This document shows, piece after piece, positions 15,576-27,400 of a stretch of 30,798 bases of DNA. The translations under genes were made by a program, and so were the position numbers. Position 1 is the first letter of the stretch, and each line of letters opens with the position of its first letter. Below the pieces are notes generated by a model. It did no database searches. It saw only the letters and a list, made by a program, of their open reading frames with translations, and was not told the DNA's origin. Source of the DNA: Candidatus Omnitrophota bacterium (GTDB lineage Bacteria > Omnitrophota > Gorgyraeia > Gygaellales > Profunditerraquicolaceae); contig JAQTNB010000001.1 of assembly GCA_028714055.1 (NCBI GenBank), forward strand, positions 1-30,798, in the 5' to 3' direction.

Positions 15576-16136
15576 TTACGGAGTTTTTACCGTGGCCGCG
15601 ACGATCTTCTGCTCGGATACCGGCCTGTCTGAAGGGTCGGTTGCCGTATTCTCTATCTTTTGCACCACGTCGTAGCCGGCAACGACTTTCCCGAATATCG
15701 TATGGCGCATGTTAAGCCAGGGGGTTGGTGCGGTGGTAATGAAAAACTGGCTTCCGTTGGTATTCGGCCCGGCATTTGCCATAGCCAATATCCCGGGGCT
15801 GTCAAATTTGACGTTCGGGGTCACTTCATCCTCGAAAGGGACACCCCAGATAGAGTCCCCGCCCCTGCCGGTACCGGTGGGGTCGCCCCCCTGGATCATA
15901 AATCCTTTTATGACCCGATGGAAGATTATGCCGTTATAATATCCTTTTTCGGCCAGTTTAATGAAATTTTCACACGTCTTGGGGGCGACATCGGGCATAA
16001 GCTTGATCTCGATTGTTCCCTGGGTGGTCTCGAGCACAACGGTTTTTTCGTCCACGGCAAACGCTCCTTTATGCATAGTAAAACAGGTTAAAAGCAATGC
16101 CGCTATAAGAGCGGCGCCCATTTTTTTCTTCCGCAT
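15576..16136 (-). CDS. Cyclophilin-type peptidyl-prolyl cis-trans isomerase with signal peptide
   Basis: [31 protein letters not shown] and HTIFGKV. Start re-called at MRKKKM (AAGGAG RBS). Confidence 0.95.
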   Translation of the reverse strand: MRKKKMGAALIAALLLTCFTMHKGAFAVDEKTVVLETTQGTIEIKLMPDVAPKTCENFIKLAEKGYYNGIIFHRVIKGFMIQGGDPTGTGRGGDSIWGVPFEDEVTPNVKFDSPGILAMANAGPNTNGSQFFITTAPTPWLNMRHTIFGKVVAGYDVVQKIENTATDPSDRPVSEQKIVAATVKTP

Positions 16137-16199
16137 TCCAAGGCTCCTTTCTTCTTGCGCCGTTGAGCCTAAAAATTCGCCCTGCTCATCAGCGTTTTT

Positions 16200-16227
16200 A
16201 TTATACAATATCTTCGCCTAATAGCAA
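16200..16227 (-). promoter_or_regulatory. Putative promoter of the cyclophilin gene
   Basis: TTGCTA-N16-TATAAT. Confidence 0.6.
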
Positions 16228-16279
16228 GAAGACAGCATACAAGGCATCCCGCGCCGCGTCATATGATTGCGTTGGGTGT

Positions 16280-18247
<1,968 letters not shown>

Positions 18248-18249
18248 GG

Positions 18250-19221
18250 TTATCTGGAGCCCTGCCTCCGCGGCGGTGTGGGCAGGAAAGGATTGGTGCC
18301 GATCTTGCTTTTTTGCTGCATTAATGTTTTATTTTGGACGACCACGGTATCTTCTTTGGCCAAACCGGAAATAACCTCAACGTTCTTTCCATCGGAGATC
18401 CCAAGCTTGATATCCCGCCTGAGGGGAGTTTGGCCTGTGCCGCCTTTTACATATACGGCAGGGTTTTCCCCTTCCCAGGCGATCGCATCGATAGGGATCA
18501 GGAGTGCATTCTCCCTGCTATCCTGTATGAAATCTATCGTGGCGTTCATCCCCGAGCGGAAAAACGCGGGGACCTCTTGCGGGCCTAAATCGACTTCATA
18601 TATCGTTACGTTGTTGACGGTCTTGGATTCGTAATATATGTGCTCGACAGTCGCCTTTATTCTGTTATCCGAATAGGCATCAAGTATTATGACCGCTTCC
18701 TGCCCGACCTTTATCTTGCCGATATCGGTCTCATCGACCTGCGCGCGCACGATCAAATGGTCCGAAAGGACGATGACGGGATCGGTCGCGGTCACGGTCT
18801 GGCCGGGCTGTGTCGTGGCAACGATCACTTCTCCGTCGATGGGCGAAATCAGGGGTATTGCCTTGTAGGCCTCCTGCCAATACTGCAAAGTCTCGTCCCC
18901 CTGGCCGCGCGCGGCGTCCAGGAGTGCGGCCCTCTCGGTTGAGCTCATCCAGGCGATGACCTCGCCGGATTTAACCTGCTGCCCCTCTTTCACCAGGATC
19001 TTATCGACCCGTCCGTTCACCGGGGGCTTAATCTCCAGCCTGTTTTTAGGCAATACCGTTCCGGTAGAAGAGATGGTAACCTGGACCGTCCCCACAAAAG
19101 GCCTGACTTCTTTTGGTTCTTCCCCGTTTTGTTTTTGCGGCCGGGCCTTCAGCAGAAAGAAAATCAGAGGGACCATGAAAAGCAAAAAGATAAAGATGAG
19201 TTTCGATTTTTTATTGCGCAT
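18250..19221 (-). CDS. MacA-like periplasmic adaptor with very short alpha-hairpin
   Basis: Start re-called at MRNKKSK. TM anchor, lipoyl halves IKPPVNGRV and ISPIDGEV, VDETDIGKIKVGQ, RSGMNA. Confidence 0.9.
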   Translation of the reverse strand: MRNKKSKLIFIFLLFMVPLIFFLLKARPQKQNGEEPKEVRPFVGTVQVTISSTGTVLPKNRLEIKPPVNGRVDKILVKEGQQVKSGEVIAWMSSTERAALLDAARGQGDETLQYWQEAYKAIPLISPIDGEVIVATTQPGQTVTATDPVIVLSDHLIVRAQVDETDIGKIKVGQEAVIILDAYSDNRIKATVEHIYYESKTVNNVTIYEVDLGPQEVPAFFRSGMNATIDFIQDSRENALLIPIDAIAWEGENPAVYVKGGTGQTPLRRDIKLGISDGKNVEVISGLAKEDTVVVQNKTLMQQKSKIGTNPFLPTPPRRQGSR

Positions 19222-20503
19222 ATTCGAGCGTCTCTCCTTTCGCCTTGATCCAGCTTGCTTCGGCAAGCAAGGCGTTTGCCTGAGATTGGACATAGTCTTT
19301 TTTCGCTTTGACCAGGTCGTTTTCAATGATGATCCAGTTATCGAAAGCGATAAAGCCGGTGGCGTATTGCGCCGCGGCTATCTTTGAGCGTTCCTGCGCA
19401 GCCTCCAGAAGCTTTTGCTGCACATGCACTCCCTCAACGGCGTCCTGCAGCTCTTTCCAGGCCTGCTCAAGGCTCACGACGGCCGTATCGCGCAGGCTCC
19501 GTTCGTTTTCTTCTGCCTGTTTATAAATGGATTCTGCCTGGGTAAGCTGGGCGGCCTTAAGCCCTCCCTCAAAAAGGGGCATCGTCAAGCTCAAGCCCAG
19601 GTTCCACTGGTCGTCTTTGGGAGGCCAGCGCGAACTTGCTTTTGCGGCCCCGGCACTGCCTGAAAGCTGCGGGGAAAAATTCCCATAAGCTGACCTGATA
19701 CCGAACATCGCGGCATTTTTTTGCGCAACCGCCTGCAACACGGAAGGGTTAGCCTTGACCAATTGCAGGAAATCGGGTTTATCTTTTGCCGTATCCTGAA
19801 CCGCAAAATCACCCTTGACGCGTACCGATCCGGACTCGGTACTCCCCATCTCTTTCCTCAGCTGCCGCTGCACGACATCGATCTCACGCTGCGCCTGCGC
19901 AAAGGCTAGTTTAGCCTCGGCAACGTTTGCTTCCGCAGTCAATAAAGCACCCTTATGCTCAAGCCCTGACTGGTACCGCAGGGCTATCGATACAAGGCTG
20001 TCCCGCCGGATCTTTACTATCTCTTCGTTGACCCTGACCAATTCCTGCGCCTTTAACAGGTTCACGAAGGCGCTGCGCAGATCGTACCTTATTTCCGAGG
20101 AGGTAAAGCGGTATGCCTGACGGGCAGCGCTGATATTCTCCGAGGCGGCCTTGACATCGTTGGCGGTTTTGAGGCCGTTAAAGATAACCTGGCTGCCGCT
20201 CACCCCATAAGAGTAGGAATCCGTCGTTGTCTTGGTGGTAACGCCGGTCAGGGTACTGGTCGTCTCTTTCATGGAAGTCCCTGCGTCTGTGCTGGCGCTT
20301 ATCTGAGGATAGAAACTGCTGGCGGTTATGTCCTTTCCTGCCTGCTGTTCTTTGATATTTTCTGCCGCAGCGATCAGGTCAGGATGGTTTTTACGCGCTT
20401 CAGAAAGACAGTCTGCCCAGGTAAGCGTTTCTTGTGCCTGGACGTGCCGCGAAAAAACGCAGTAAAATAATGCAAAGATTAAGAATGATCCTGCGCGCTT
20501 CAT
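19211..20503 (-). CDS. TolC-family outer membrane efflux protein
   Basis: Signal peptide, two OEP repeats (KNHPDL...FYPQIS; ANPSV...FSPQLS, PLFEGG); overlaps both neighbours. Confidence 0.92.
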   Translation of the reverse strand: MKRAGSFLIFALFYCVFSRHVQAQETLTWADCLSEARKNHPDLIAAAENIKEQQAGKDITASSFYPQISASTDAGTSMKETTSTLTGVTTKTTTDSYSYGVSGSQVIFNGLKTANDVKAASENISAARQAYRFTSSEIRYDLRSAFVNLLKAQELVRVNEEIVKIRRDSLVSIALRYQSGLEHKGALLTAEANVAEAKLAFAQAQREIDVVQRQLRKEMGSTESGSVRVKGDFAVQDTAKDKPDFLQLVKANPSVLQAVAQKNAAMFGIRSAYGNFSPQLSGSAGAAKASSRWPPKDDQWNLGLSLTMPLFEGGLKAAQLTQAESIYKQAEENERSLRDTAVVSLEQAWKELQDAVEGVHVQQKLLEAAQERSKIAAAQYATGFIAFDNWIIIENDLVKAKKDYVQSQANALLAEASWIKAKGETLEYAQ

Positions 20504-20739
20504 TCTGCCTCAGAAGAATGTTTTTTAATCGCGGCCAGCATACCGGAGGCGTGCTCCAGGAATTGACTGAACTCTTCGGCCGGGATAAGGCCGATAGGCC
20601 CCCCGGGCTTGGCAAAGACAAGCAGCTTATCCCCGTTTTTTATCCCGAAAACCTTCCTGATTTCGGCGGGGATGACCACCTGGCCGCGTTCTCCGACCGT
20701 TACCGCGCCATACATCTTCGGAAAGGGGAATTTTCCCAT
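20500..20739 (-). CDS. AbrB/MazE/SpoVT-family DNA-binding protein
   Basis: VTVGERGQVVIPAEIRKVFGIKNGDKLLVF. Start re-called at MGKFPF (GGAGG RBS). ATGA overlap with tolC. Confidence 0.9.
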   Translation of the reverse strand: MGKFPFPKMYGAVTVGERGQVVIPAEIRKVFGIKNGDKLLVFAKPGGPIGLIPAEEFSQFLEHASGMLAAIKKHSSEAE

Positions 20740-20763
20740 CTTGAACCTCCCGTCATAAGTACG

Positions 20764-20799
20764 TTTTATATGATTTGTATGCTTTGTATGCTTTACATG
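20764..20799 (-). repeat. Four tandem 9-bp repeats (candidate operator)
   Basis: CATGTAAAG CATACAAAG CATACAAAT CATATAAAA immediately downstream of the -10 box. Confidence 0.8.
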
Positions 20800-20802
20800 A
20801 AA

Positions 20803-20830
20803 AGTATAACACATTGCTTCTTACATGCAA
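20803..20830 (-). promoter_or_regulatory. Promoter of the abrB-tolC-macA-macB operon
   Basis: TTGCAT-N16-TATACT with TGn extension. Confidence 0.7.
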
Positions 20831-20945
20831 AACAAAATTTATGGGCGGATTATATTATGAGGTGTTCCGTGAGTAAATGACTGTGGTGAGCTTATGGATT
20901 ACCGCGGCCAGAATGCATCAATGACCATACATGCAATACGTTGAT

Positions 20946-21335
20946 TTACAGATGTGCCTGTATTCTTTTCAGGATCTTTTCCGAAGCGGCCTTATCATGG
21001 CTTACCGCTCCTACGCGCACCTCTACCTTCGTAGCTGTTTCGGTGACCTTACGGATATCGATCCAGATATTTTTCCCGTCGCTGTATTCACTTCTCAGCT
21101 GCGTGACATTCGCTTCCTTCGACTCCTTTATTACGCCGAGCTTAAGCGACCGTAAGGCCGAATCCGCGGCATCGATGGTCCGCTCATAAGAAGCGTCAAA
21201 TTGCTGTGTTAATTTCCCGGATAACCAGACCGCTGTCCCCGCGCCGGCGGCTGCCCCCGCGAAGATGGCAAGACATCCATATATGTTCATCAGCAATAAC
21301 CCGGTTAAAACAAAAATGCCTGTTTTCTTAAACAT
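20946..21335 (-). CDS. DUF3568-like lipoprotein
   Basis: Lipobox-like NIYGC, Gly/Ala-rich segment GAAAGAGT, and TKVEVRVG...ASEKILKRI C-terminus recalled for this family. Confidence 0.75.
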   Translation of the reverse strand: MFKKTGIFVLTGLLLMNIYGCLAIFAGAAAGAGTAVWLSGKLTQQFDASYERTIDAADSALRSLKLGVIKESKEANVTQLRSEYSDGKNIWIDIRKVTETATKVEVRVGAVSHDKAASEKILKRIQAHL

Positions 21336-21480
21336 GTCCGGCCTTTCGTTCTAAATAAACGTTAAAATATGAACTCAATCACACCCGCGATGAGCTTGAA
21401 AGGAAACACGAAGACCTGGCTTTTAATAGATGATCGAGCCTTTTTTTATCTGGTCCCTGCGGATCTCGTATTCCTCCTTT

Positions 21481-21993
21481 TTATTTTGAACGGGACAAAA
21501 ACTTGATTGTTTCCCTGCAAAACGCGGGCAGATCGTAAGGATTGCGGGAGGTGACCAGATTATCGTCAACGACCACTTCCTTATCCTCGTAGAGCGCTCC
21601 CGCGTTCACTAGGTCGTCTTTTATGGAGAAGAACCCGGTAGCCCTTTTGTTTTTCAGCACGCCGGCAGACACAAGCACCCAGCCACCGTGGCAGATGGAA
21701 GCGACAAGCTTATGCCCGTCGAATACGCCTTTCACAAAGTCAACCACCTCTTGGTGTCTCCTTAAAATATCCGGGGCATACCCTCCCGGTATGATGACGC
21801 CGGAGAAATCCTGCGGTTTGACTTCTTGAATAGACCGTTCCTCCTCGACAGGGTAGCCTTCTTTGCTTTTGTAATGCTTCTTGCCGGTGCCGACAAAAAC
21901 TGCCGCCATTGCCTCCTCGCGAAGGCGCAAATACGGATACCAGACCTCAAGGACCTGGTAATTGTCTTCTGTCAAAACCGCCACCGGTTTCAT
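21481..21993 (-). CDS. DJ-1/PfpI family protein
   Basis: EDNYQVLE, IPGG, nucleophile ICHG and VTSRNP. Start re-called at MKPVAV. Confidence 0.92.
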   Translation of the reverse strand: MKPVAVLTEDNYQVLEVWYPYLRLREEAMAAVFVGTGKKHYKSKEGYPVEEERSIQEVKPQDFSGVIIPGGYAPDILRRHQEVVDFVKGVFDGHKLVASICHGGWVLVSAGVLKNKRATGFFSIKDDLVNAGALYEDKEVVVDDNLVTSRNPYDLPAFCRETIKFLSRSK

Positions 21994-22001
21994 AACAGGC
22001 C

Positions 22002-22397
22002 CTACTCTATCTCCAGCCCGCTGGCATTCTGCCACAATCCGTGGATGTTACAGTAAGAAGATGCCAGGATGACGCCGGGCTTATCGGTTTTAAAAGTGCA
22101 TGACGCGACCGGCTGAGTATACACCGTGCTTGTGTTCGGGCCCTGGATCGACTCACCGTGCGAAGCGAATTCAAAACGGCCCAATTGATAGGGAAACTTC
22201 TCCCCTTGAGGATGAAAGTAGAGCTCGATCCAGCGTATGTGATGCTCCGTGGTGTTCGGATGTGCTATCTCCTTCCCGACGCTCACCGTGACCTGGATAG
22301 GTTCCTGTTTTTTTGCCTTGCCTGCGGCTTCGATCACCGGAACGTGTTTCTCGGCTTTCCAATCCGCTGATTGAAACAGATCCTTCATTTCTGCCAT
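22002..22397 (-). CDS. sor: Class II (1Fe) superoxide reductase, neelaredoxin type
   Basis: Iron-site motifs EKHVP, EHHIRWI, SHG and YCNIHGLW; no N-terminal desulforedoxin domain. Start re-called at MAEMKD. Confidence 0.92.
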   Translation of the reverse strand: MAEMKDLFQSADWKAEKHVPVIEAAGKAKKQEPIQVTVSVGKEIAHPNTTEHHIRWIELYFHPQGEKFPYQLGRFEFASHGESIQGPNTSTVYTQPVASCTFKTDKPGVILASSYCNIHGLWQNASGLEIE

Positions 22398-22420
22398 ATA
22401 TGCTCCTTGAGTAAAATGGT

Positions 22421-22861
22421 TCACCCCAATAACAGCGAAAGCTCCACGACGTGCTCCTGCTCATCGATGATCACGTGGCGTACTTCGTGCTCGAGAGTCT
22501 CAAACTCATAGCGCAGGCCGTCTTTATTCTCGGTGATCTTCCGGTATATCTCCTTATAGAAGTCGATCGCCTCTTTTTCGTTCTTAAGGTTGATCTTAAG
22601 GATCTTTTCGGTCTCCTGCGCCGGATGGGTCTCGGCCAGTTTCATGGTCGGTTCTCCGTCAAGATAGCTGCCTATAAGGTTACGGAAGATACCTTCGTGT
22701 TTCTCCTCGTCGGAAGCGATCTCTTTGATCCGCTCGATTATCTTTTCCGCGCCAAGCCCCTTTATGAGCTCGGCATGGGCAAGATATTGTATCCGTGCCG
22801 CATGCTCAAGCGTAAGCGCCTTGTTCAACATCGTTATCAATTCGTCTTTTATGCCGGCCAT
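22421..22861 (-). CDS. Ferritin-like diiron protein
   Basis: Ligand pattern E(LEH)...DEEKH...E(EKE)...DEQEH. Start re-called at MAGIKD (AAGGAGG RBS). Confidence 0.88.
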   Translation of the reverse strand: MAGIKDELITMLNKALTLEHAARIQYLAHAELIKGLGAEKIIERIKEIASDEEKHEGIFRNLIGSYLDGEPTMKLAETHPAQETEKILKINLKNEKEAIDFYKEIYRKITENKDGLRYEFETLEHEVRHVIIDEQEHVVELSLLLG

Positions 22862-22951
22862 CGATTGCCTCCTTTTTGAGTTGTCCGTTATTTGCTTTAC
22901 CGCAGCGCCTTCAGTAACCCCATGTCGTCGTATACGATCAACCACTTTTTT

Positions 22952-23359
22952 TTAGACGCCATTCTCCTTTTTTGCTATTTCGGTCCTTTTTGTCAATACC
23001 TGCTCTATCTGCGTAAGCAAATCGAGGATGGAAAATGGTTTTTGGATGCACCCGTCCATGTTGCCTTTTTCCAGCAGGGCATGCCGGCGGTTGAGGGGGA
23101 AATATCCCGACATCCCGATGATCGGGATACCCGCCGTATCGCTGGAACCTTTCAGTTGCTTGGCGACGTCGAATCCGCTCATCTTGCCCATCCGCAGATC
23201 CAGAAGGATGACATCAGGCCTGAGCCTGCGCGCGGTATTTAAAACGCCGGGGCTCTCCGAGATGCCCTGTGCTTGGTAACCGCAGAGAAAGAGAGTTTCC
23301 TGTATCTCTTCGAGAAAATCCTTATTGTCGTCCACGACCATTATTTTTTCTCCGGTCAT
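22952..23359 (-). CDS. Single-domain response regulator (REC)
   Basis: VVDD, phospho-Asp DLRM, GMSG and QKPF. Start re-called at MTGEKI (GGAGG RBS). Confidence 0.9.
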   Translation of the reverse strand: MTGEKIMVVDDNKDFLEEIQETLFLCGYQAQGISESPGVLNTARRLRPDVILLDLRMGKMSGFDVAKQLKGSSDTAGIPIIGMSGYFPLNRRHALLEKGNMDGCIQKPFSILDLLTQIEQVLTKRTEIAKKENGV

Positions 23360-23470
23360 CTGCGGCCTCCTTCTCTTGAGTTTCATGCATTATATAAAAA
23401 TTATAGAAAAAATGCAGGGGCAAAATCCTCTTTTTCTTGACTTTTTTCCCCTCCGGGCAGGATCAGAGCT

Positions 23471-23908
23471 TTATTGAAGCCCGCCGTCATGCGTTATCTG
23501 GAAAGAGGCAAGGCTATCGCTGTGCGGAGCGCGCGTGAATTCAACCACCTGCTCCACCCTTATCAGCAACATCCTTTTTACCCGGGGAGGAGGGTTTATC
23601 TTCCCTGCCTGAGGGATATAGCCGTCTAAAAAGGCATCTTCCTGCACACCCTCAACCTCTCCGGAGAGCTGATAACCGGAGTCTCTCTCCGCATCCCAGA
23701 TAATCAGAGAAACGTGTTTGTTCTCCTGCGCGTTGCGCAGAGTAGCCGGGCAAGGCCATAATTCTATCGCCAGAAGCCCGCGGTGGTCAAGGCTGACCTT
23801 TTCTGCCGCCGCAAGGTGCGGCCGCCCCTCCTTGTCTGCGCTGGTGACAAAGATGTGCCGTGCCCCTTCTGCCGTGACAATTACTTCCCTTGATGACACC
23901 CTGTCCAT
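23471..23908 (-). CDS. Pyridoxamine 5'-phosphate oxidase-like flavin-binding split-barrel protein
   Basis: FVTSADKEGRPH, TLRNAQENKHVSLIIWD and GYQLSGEV. The start may instead be 23935. Confidence 0.8.
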   Translation of the reverse strand: MDRVSSREVIVTAEGARHIFVTSADKEGRPHLAAAEKVSLDHRGLLAIELWPCPATLRNAQENKHVSLIIWDAERDSGYQLSGEVEGVQEDAFLDGYIPQAGKINPPPRVKRMLLIRVEQVVEFTRAPHSDSLASFQITHDGGLQ

Positions 23909-24055
23909 CTCTTCTTCCTTCGTGCGATGAGCCATCGATGAGCGTGAATGCGTATCGCCATCATACGCATGTACAGCACCAGTATAGTGACGACGAAGAA
24001 AAATAGAAAGAGGCTGATTCTGTTTTTTATTGATTTTTTTCTGCTTCTGCGGGGT

Positions 24056-24418
24056 TTACCTGGAGGCTTTGATTTTCCGAAGGAGGAATTCCATATCAAA
24101 AGGCTTTTTGACGGTATAGGAGACAAGGTCTGCAACGCCTTCATCTTTGAGTAATTTTTCCACAAAAGGCCTGCCGCTTGCCACGAAAATTTTTGACTTT
24201 ATCCGCTTTTCTCTTACCAGCTTCAAAAAATCGACCCCGGTCAATCCGGACATCTTGTAATCAAGGATGATAATATCGTAGTCGGTATCCTGCGCCCGCT
24301 GTATCCCCTGAGCGACGTCACAGGCCGTTTCTACAAGGTAGCCTTCGTCCTTGAGGATCTCGGATATCTCTTCGCAAAGCTCTACGTCGTCGTCAACTAC
24401 GAGTATGTTTTTTTTCAT
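24056..24418 (-). CDS. Single-domain response regulator (REC)
   Basis: VVDDD, DYKM, ASG and KKPF. The start overlaps the kinase 3' end by 26 nt. Confidence 0.92.
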   Translation of the reverse strand: MKKNILVVDDDVELCEEISEILKDEGYLVETACDVAQGIQRAQDTDYDIIILDYKMSGLTGVDFLKLVREKRIKSKIFVASGRPFVEKLLKDEGVADLVSYTVKKPFDMEFLLRKIKASR

Positions 24419-27400
24419 TGCCTGCTTTCTTCAGGGGCAGATTCACCGTGACGGTCGTCCCCTTGCCCTTTTCGCTTTCAATGCCCAGCGTGCCGCCGTG
24501 AAGATTGAGTATTTGCTTGCATACCGTAAGGCCAAGCCCTGTCCCCTTGGCCTTGGTGGTAAAGAAGGGGTCGAATATCCTTTCCAGGTGCTCTTTGTCT
24601 ATCCCCATGCCGTTGTCCTGGACGCGCACGCTGATGGAGTGCTTATCGCGCACAGCATGTATCTCTATCCTTCCCGATTCCGCAGGGATTGCCTCATAAG
24701 CATTGTTCAAAATATTGGAAAAGACCTCCTTAAGCTGCAACGGGTCACCTTCAAGAACGACCTGTTTAAGCGCGCCCAGCCTTCTTGACAAGGTTATTTT
24801 TCTTTCCGGGTGCCGCCCTTCTACAAGGCCCGTACACTCATCGATGATCTCGCTGATCCTGGTCTTCTCAAGACGGGGGGCCTTGATCCGCGAATAAAAG
24901 AGGAGGTTGCTGATGATCTGCTCGCTTTCGTTTATCTTCTTTTCGATGGTATGCAGGTGTTTCTCGAACATCGGGTCCTGCGCCTTCCGCTTAATATTAT
25001 AGGCGGCCATATGTATCGCGGCCAGCGGATTACGCAGTTCATGCGCTACGGTAGCGGCCAGGGTCCCGATATCCGAGAGCCGCTTTGACTCTATCAATTG
25101 CGCCTGGGTCCTTAAGAGCTCTTCTTCCGCTGCTTTTCGCCTGGTTACGTCGACAAGAAGCAGGATGATGCCGCTCACGTTACCGTCGGAATCCTTGACC
25201 GGCTGCAGGCTCCAATCCCAGTAGGTGGCCTTGTGTCCTGCATCGTGCTTGTACCCAAGGGGCCTGGCAAACGCTACGTAAGGTTCGCCGCTCCTGATAA
25301 CTTCCGTAAAGATCGCTTGATTTTCTTCGTCGGGATAAAGAGAGAAGAGGTTCCTCCCCACAAAGAAATCCGGGGCCTTTCCGTCGAGCGCAGCATACTC
25401 CTGGTTCACGCGGATAAAATTAAACCCTGAATCCAGATACGCGATCAAAAGATTGGTGCTTGAGAAGACCCGTTCCAGCAATTCGGCGTTCTTCCGGGCG
25501 GCATCGGAAAGATTAAACCGGTAAATCCCTTCTCCCACCAGGGGCGCCAGCGATTCAAGCGACGTGATAAGTTTCAGGCTCACTTTCCCTTCCCGCTCAT
25601 CGGCCAGGTGTATCGCCCCGATGGTCTCGTCCATGTAGCGGACCGGTATGATCGCCACGGATTTAAATCCTTCTTTGATGCAGCGTCCCCGGAATTTAGG
25701 CTTGTCTTCCTCCGGAAAACTTACGGCAAAATCCAAGGTATTCTCGCTACGGAAAGACCCAAACGCGGTCAAGGCCTGGCTTTCCACGGGAAGGAATCTT
25801 CCCTGAAAAGCCCTGATACAGATGCACTGATCTTTTTCGAGCGAAAGCGGGCTCTCAGACTCCCAAAACTCGCGAGAGAAACCCCTGAAAGCCTCGTAGG
25901 GTATCCTCCCCTCGCTGTTTTTCAGGCGGATCCCCACGCAGCGGCATCCGCTCCATCCGCTGATAAGTTTTACTACGGATTCCAAGTATCCCGCCCTCGA
26001 AGCGGTTTTGTTCAAAAGCTTCAACAGGACGTTCCTGGCATAAATATGGTGCTCGACCTCTTTTCGCTCGATGATCTCCTGGTTCAATTGTTCATTCAAG
26101 TTGCGGAGCTCTCCGGTGCGCAAGGCGACCCTCTCCTCAAGTTCCGCATGCGCTCTCCTGAGCGCTTCTTCCGAGCTCTTGCGCTCGGAGATATCCCGCA
26201 CAAAGGCGCAATTGTATTCCCGTTCCCCCATCTTTAAATAATTGACCGTTACCTCGACGGGAAAAGTCGTTCCGTCTTTTGCGCGGTGGACGCTCTCCAG
26301 GGTGAAAGACCCGTATTTTTTAACCTCTTCCCAGTGTTTTTGCCAGGCTTCCCTGGAAAAATTCTGGTCGATGTCAAGCACGGTCATATTCAATAACTCC
26401 TGCCTGCTGTATCCCAACGCCCTGCTCGCCTGATCATTGACATAATATACCCCGGCGTCGGGCTTGATCCAGAATATCGCCTCGGCTGCCCGGTCAACGG
26501 AAAACTGCGTAAAACGCAGTTCCTGCTCTATAAGCTTGCGTTCGGTGATGTCCTGCCCTTGCGCGATCGTCGCCACGAGGGTCTTGCCGTCTTCTGCGTA
26601 AATATTCGCCGAATTCCAGAGGGCGATCCGCACCCGGCCGTCCTTTCTCAGGATCGGTATCTCGACGGTCTGCCAGTATTCGCCGCTTAAGGTCTTTTCG
26701 ATCCTGGCCAGTGATTCGTCCCTGGTGTCGCGAGGAAAAAGTATGCTCAGATGTTTACCGAGCACCTCATCTGCCTTGAAACCCGATAAATGTTCAAAGG
26801 CGTGGTTAAAGCGGGTGATCCTAAATTCGGTATCCCAACAGATGATAGGGGCGTTTGCGTAATTAAAAATTTTCTCCAGGTAATCTTTGGTCTGCCTGAG
26901 GGTTTCCTCCGTGCTCTTGATCTGGGTGATATCCTGGGCTGTCCCGAAACCACTCAACAAGCTGCCCTTATCGTCGAATTCCAACTCCGCCTTTTCGCGC
27001 ACCCACTTGACCATGCCATCCGCGATGATCCTGTGCTCGATATCATACTTGCCGCCGGCAAAGGCTTCTTTCCACTTCTTGTCAACATGTTCCCGGTCTT
27101 CCGGGAAAACTGCTTCCAGAAACCTCTCGTAGGTAAGGGGTGTCCCCGGAGCGATGCCGAATATCCGATAGGTCTCCCGAGACCAGAGCAATTCGTTTTT
27201 GTGCACATCCAGCCGCCAGCTTCCGGTAAGGGCGACGGCCTGGGCACGGGTAAGGTCTTCTTCGCTCTCCCTCAATGCTTTGGTCCGCTCTTGTACTCTG
27301 AGCTCAAGCAATTCGTAGGACTTTTTGAGCGCCTCTTCAGCCTTTTTGCGCTCGCTGATATCTATACCCATCTCCAGGATGAGCATAGAGCCGTCCGTAT

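Noticed and set aside
20500-20739. AbrB/MazE-like gene as an antitoxin of a toxin-antitoxin pair
   Set aside because: The coupled downstream gene is TolC; no toxin-like ORF is adjacent.
23936-24055. Small ORFs (23881-24165 minus, 23948-24154 plus) in the spacer before the flavin-binding gene
   Set aside because: Both overlap the real REC gene out of frame or antisense, have no RBS or motif, and the spacer looks like promoter sequence (contains TATACT).
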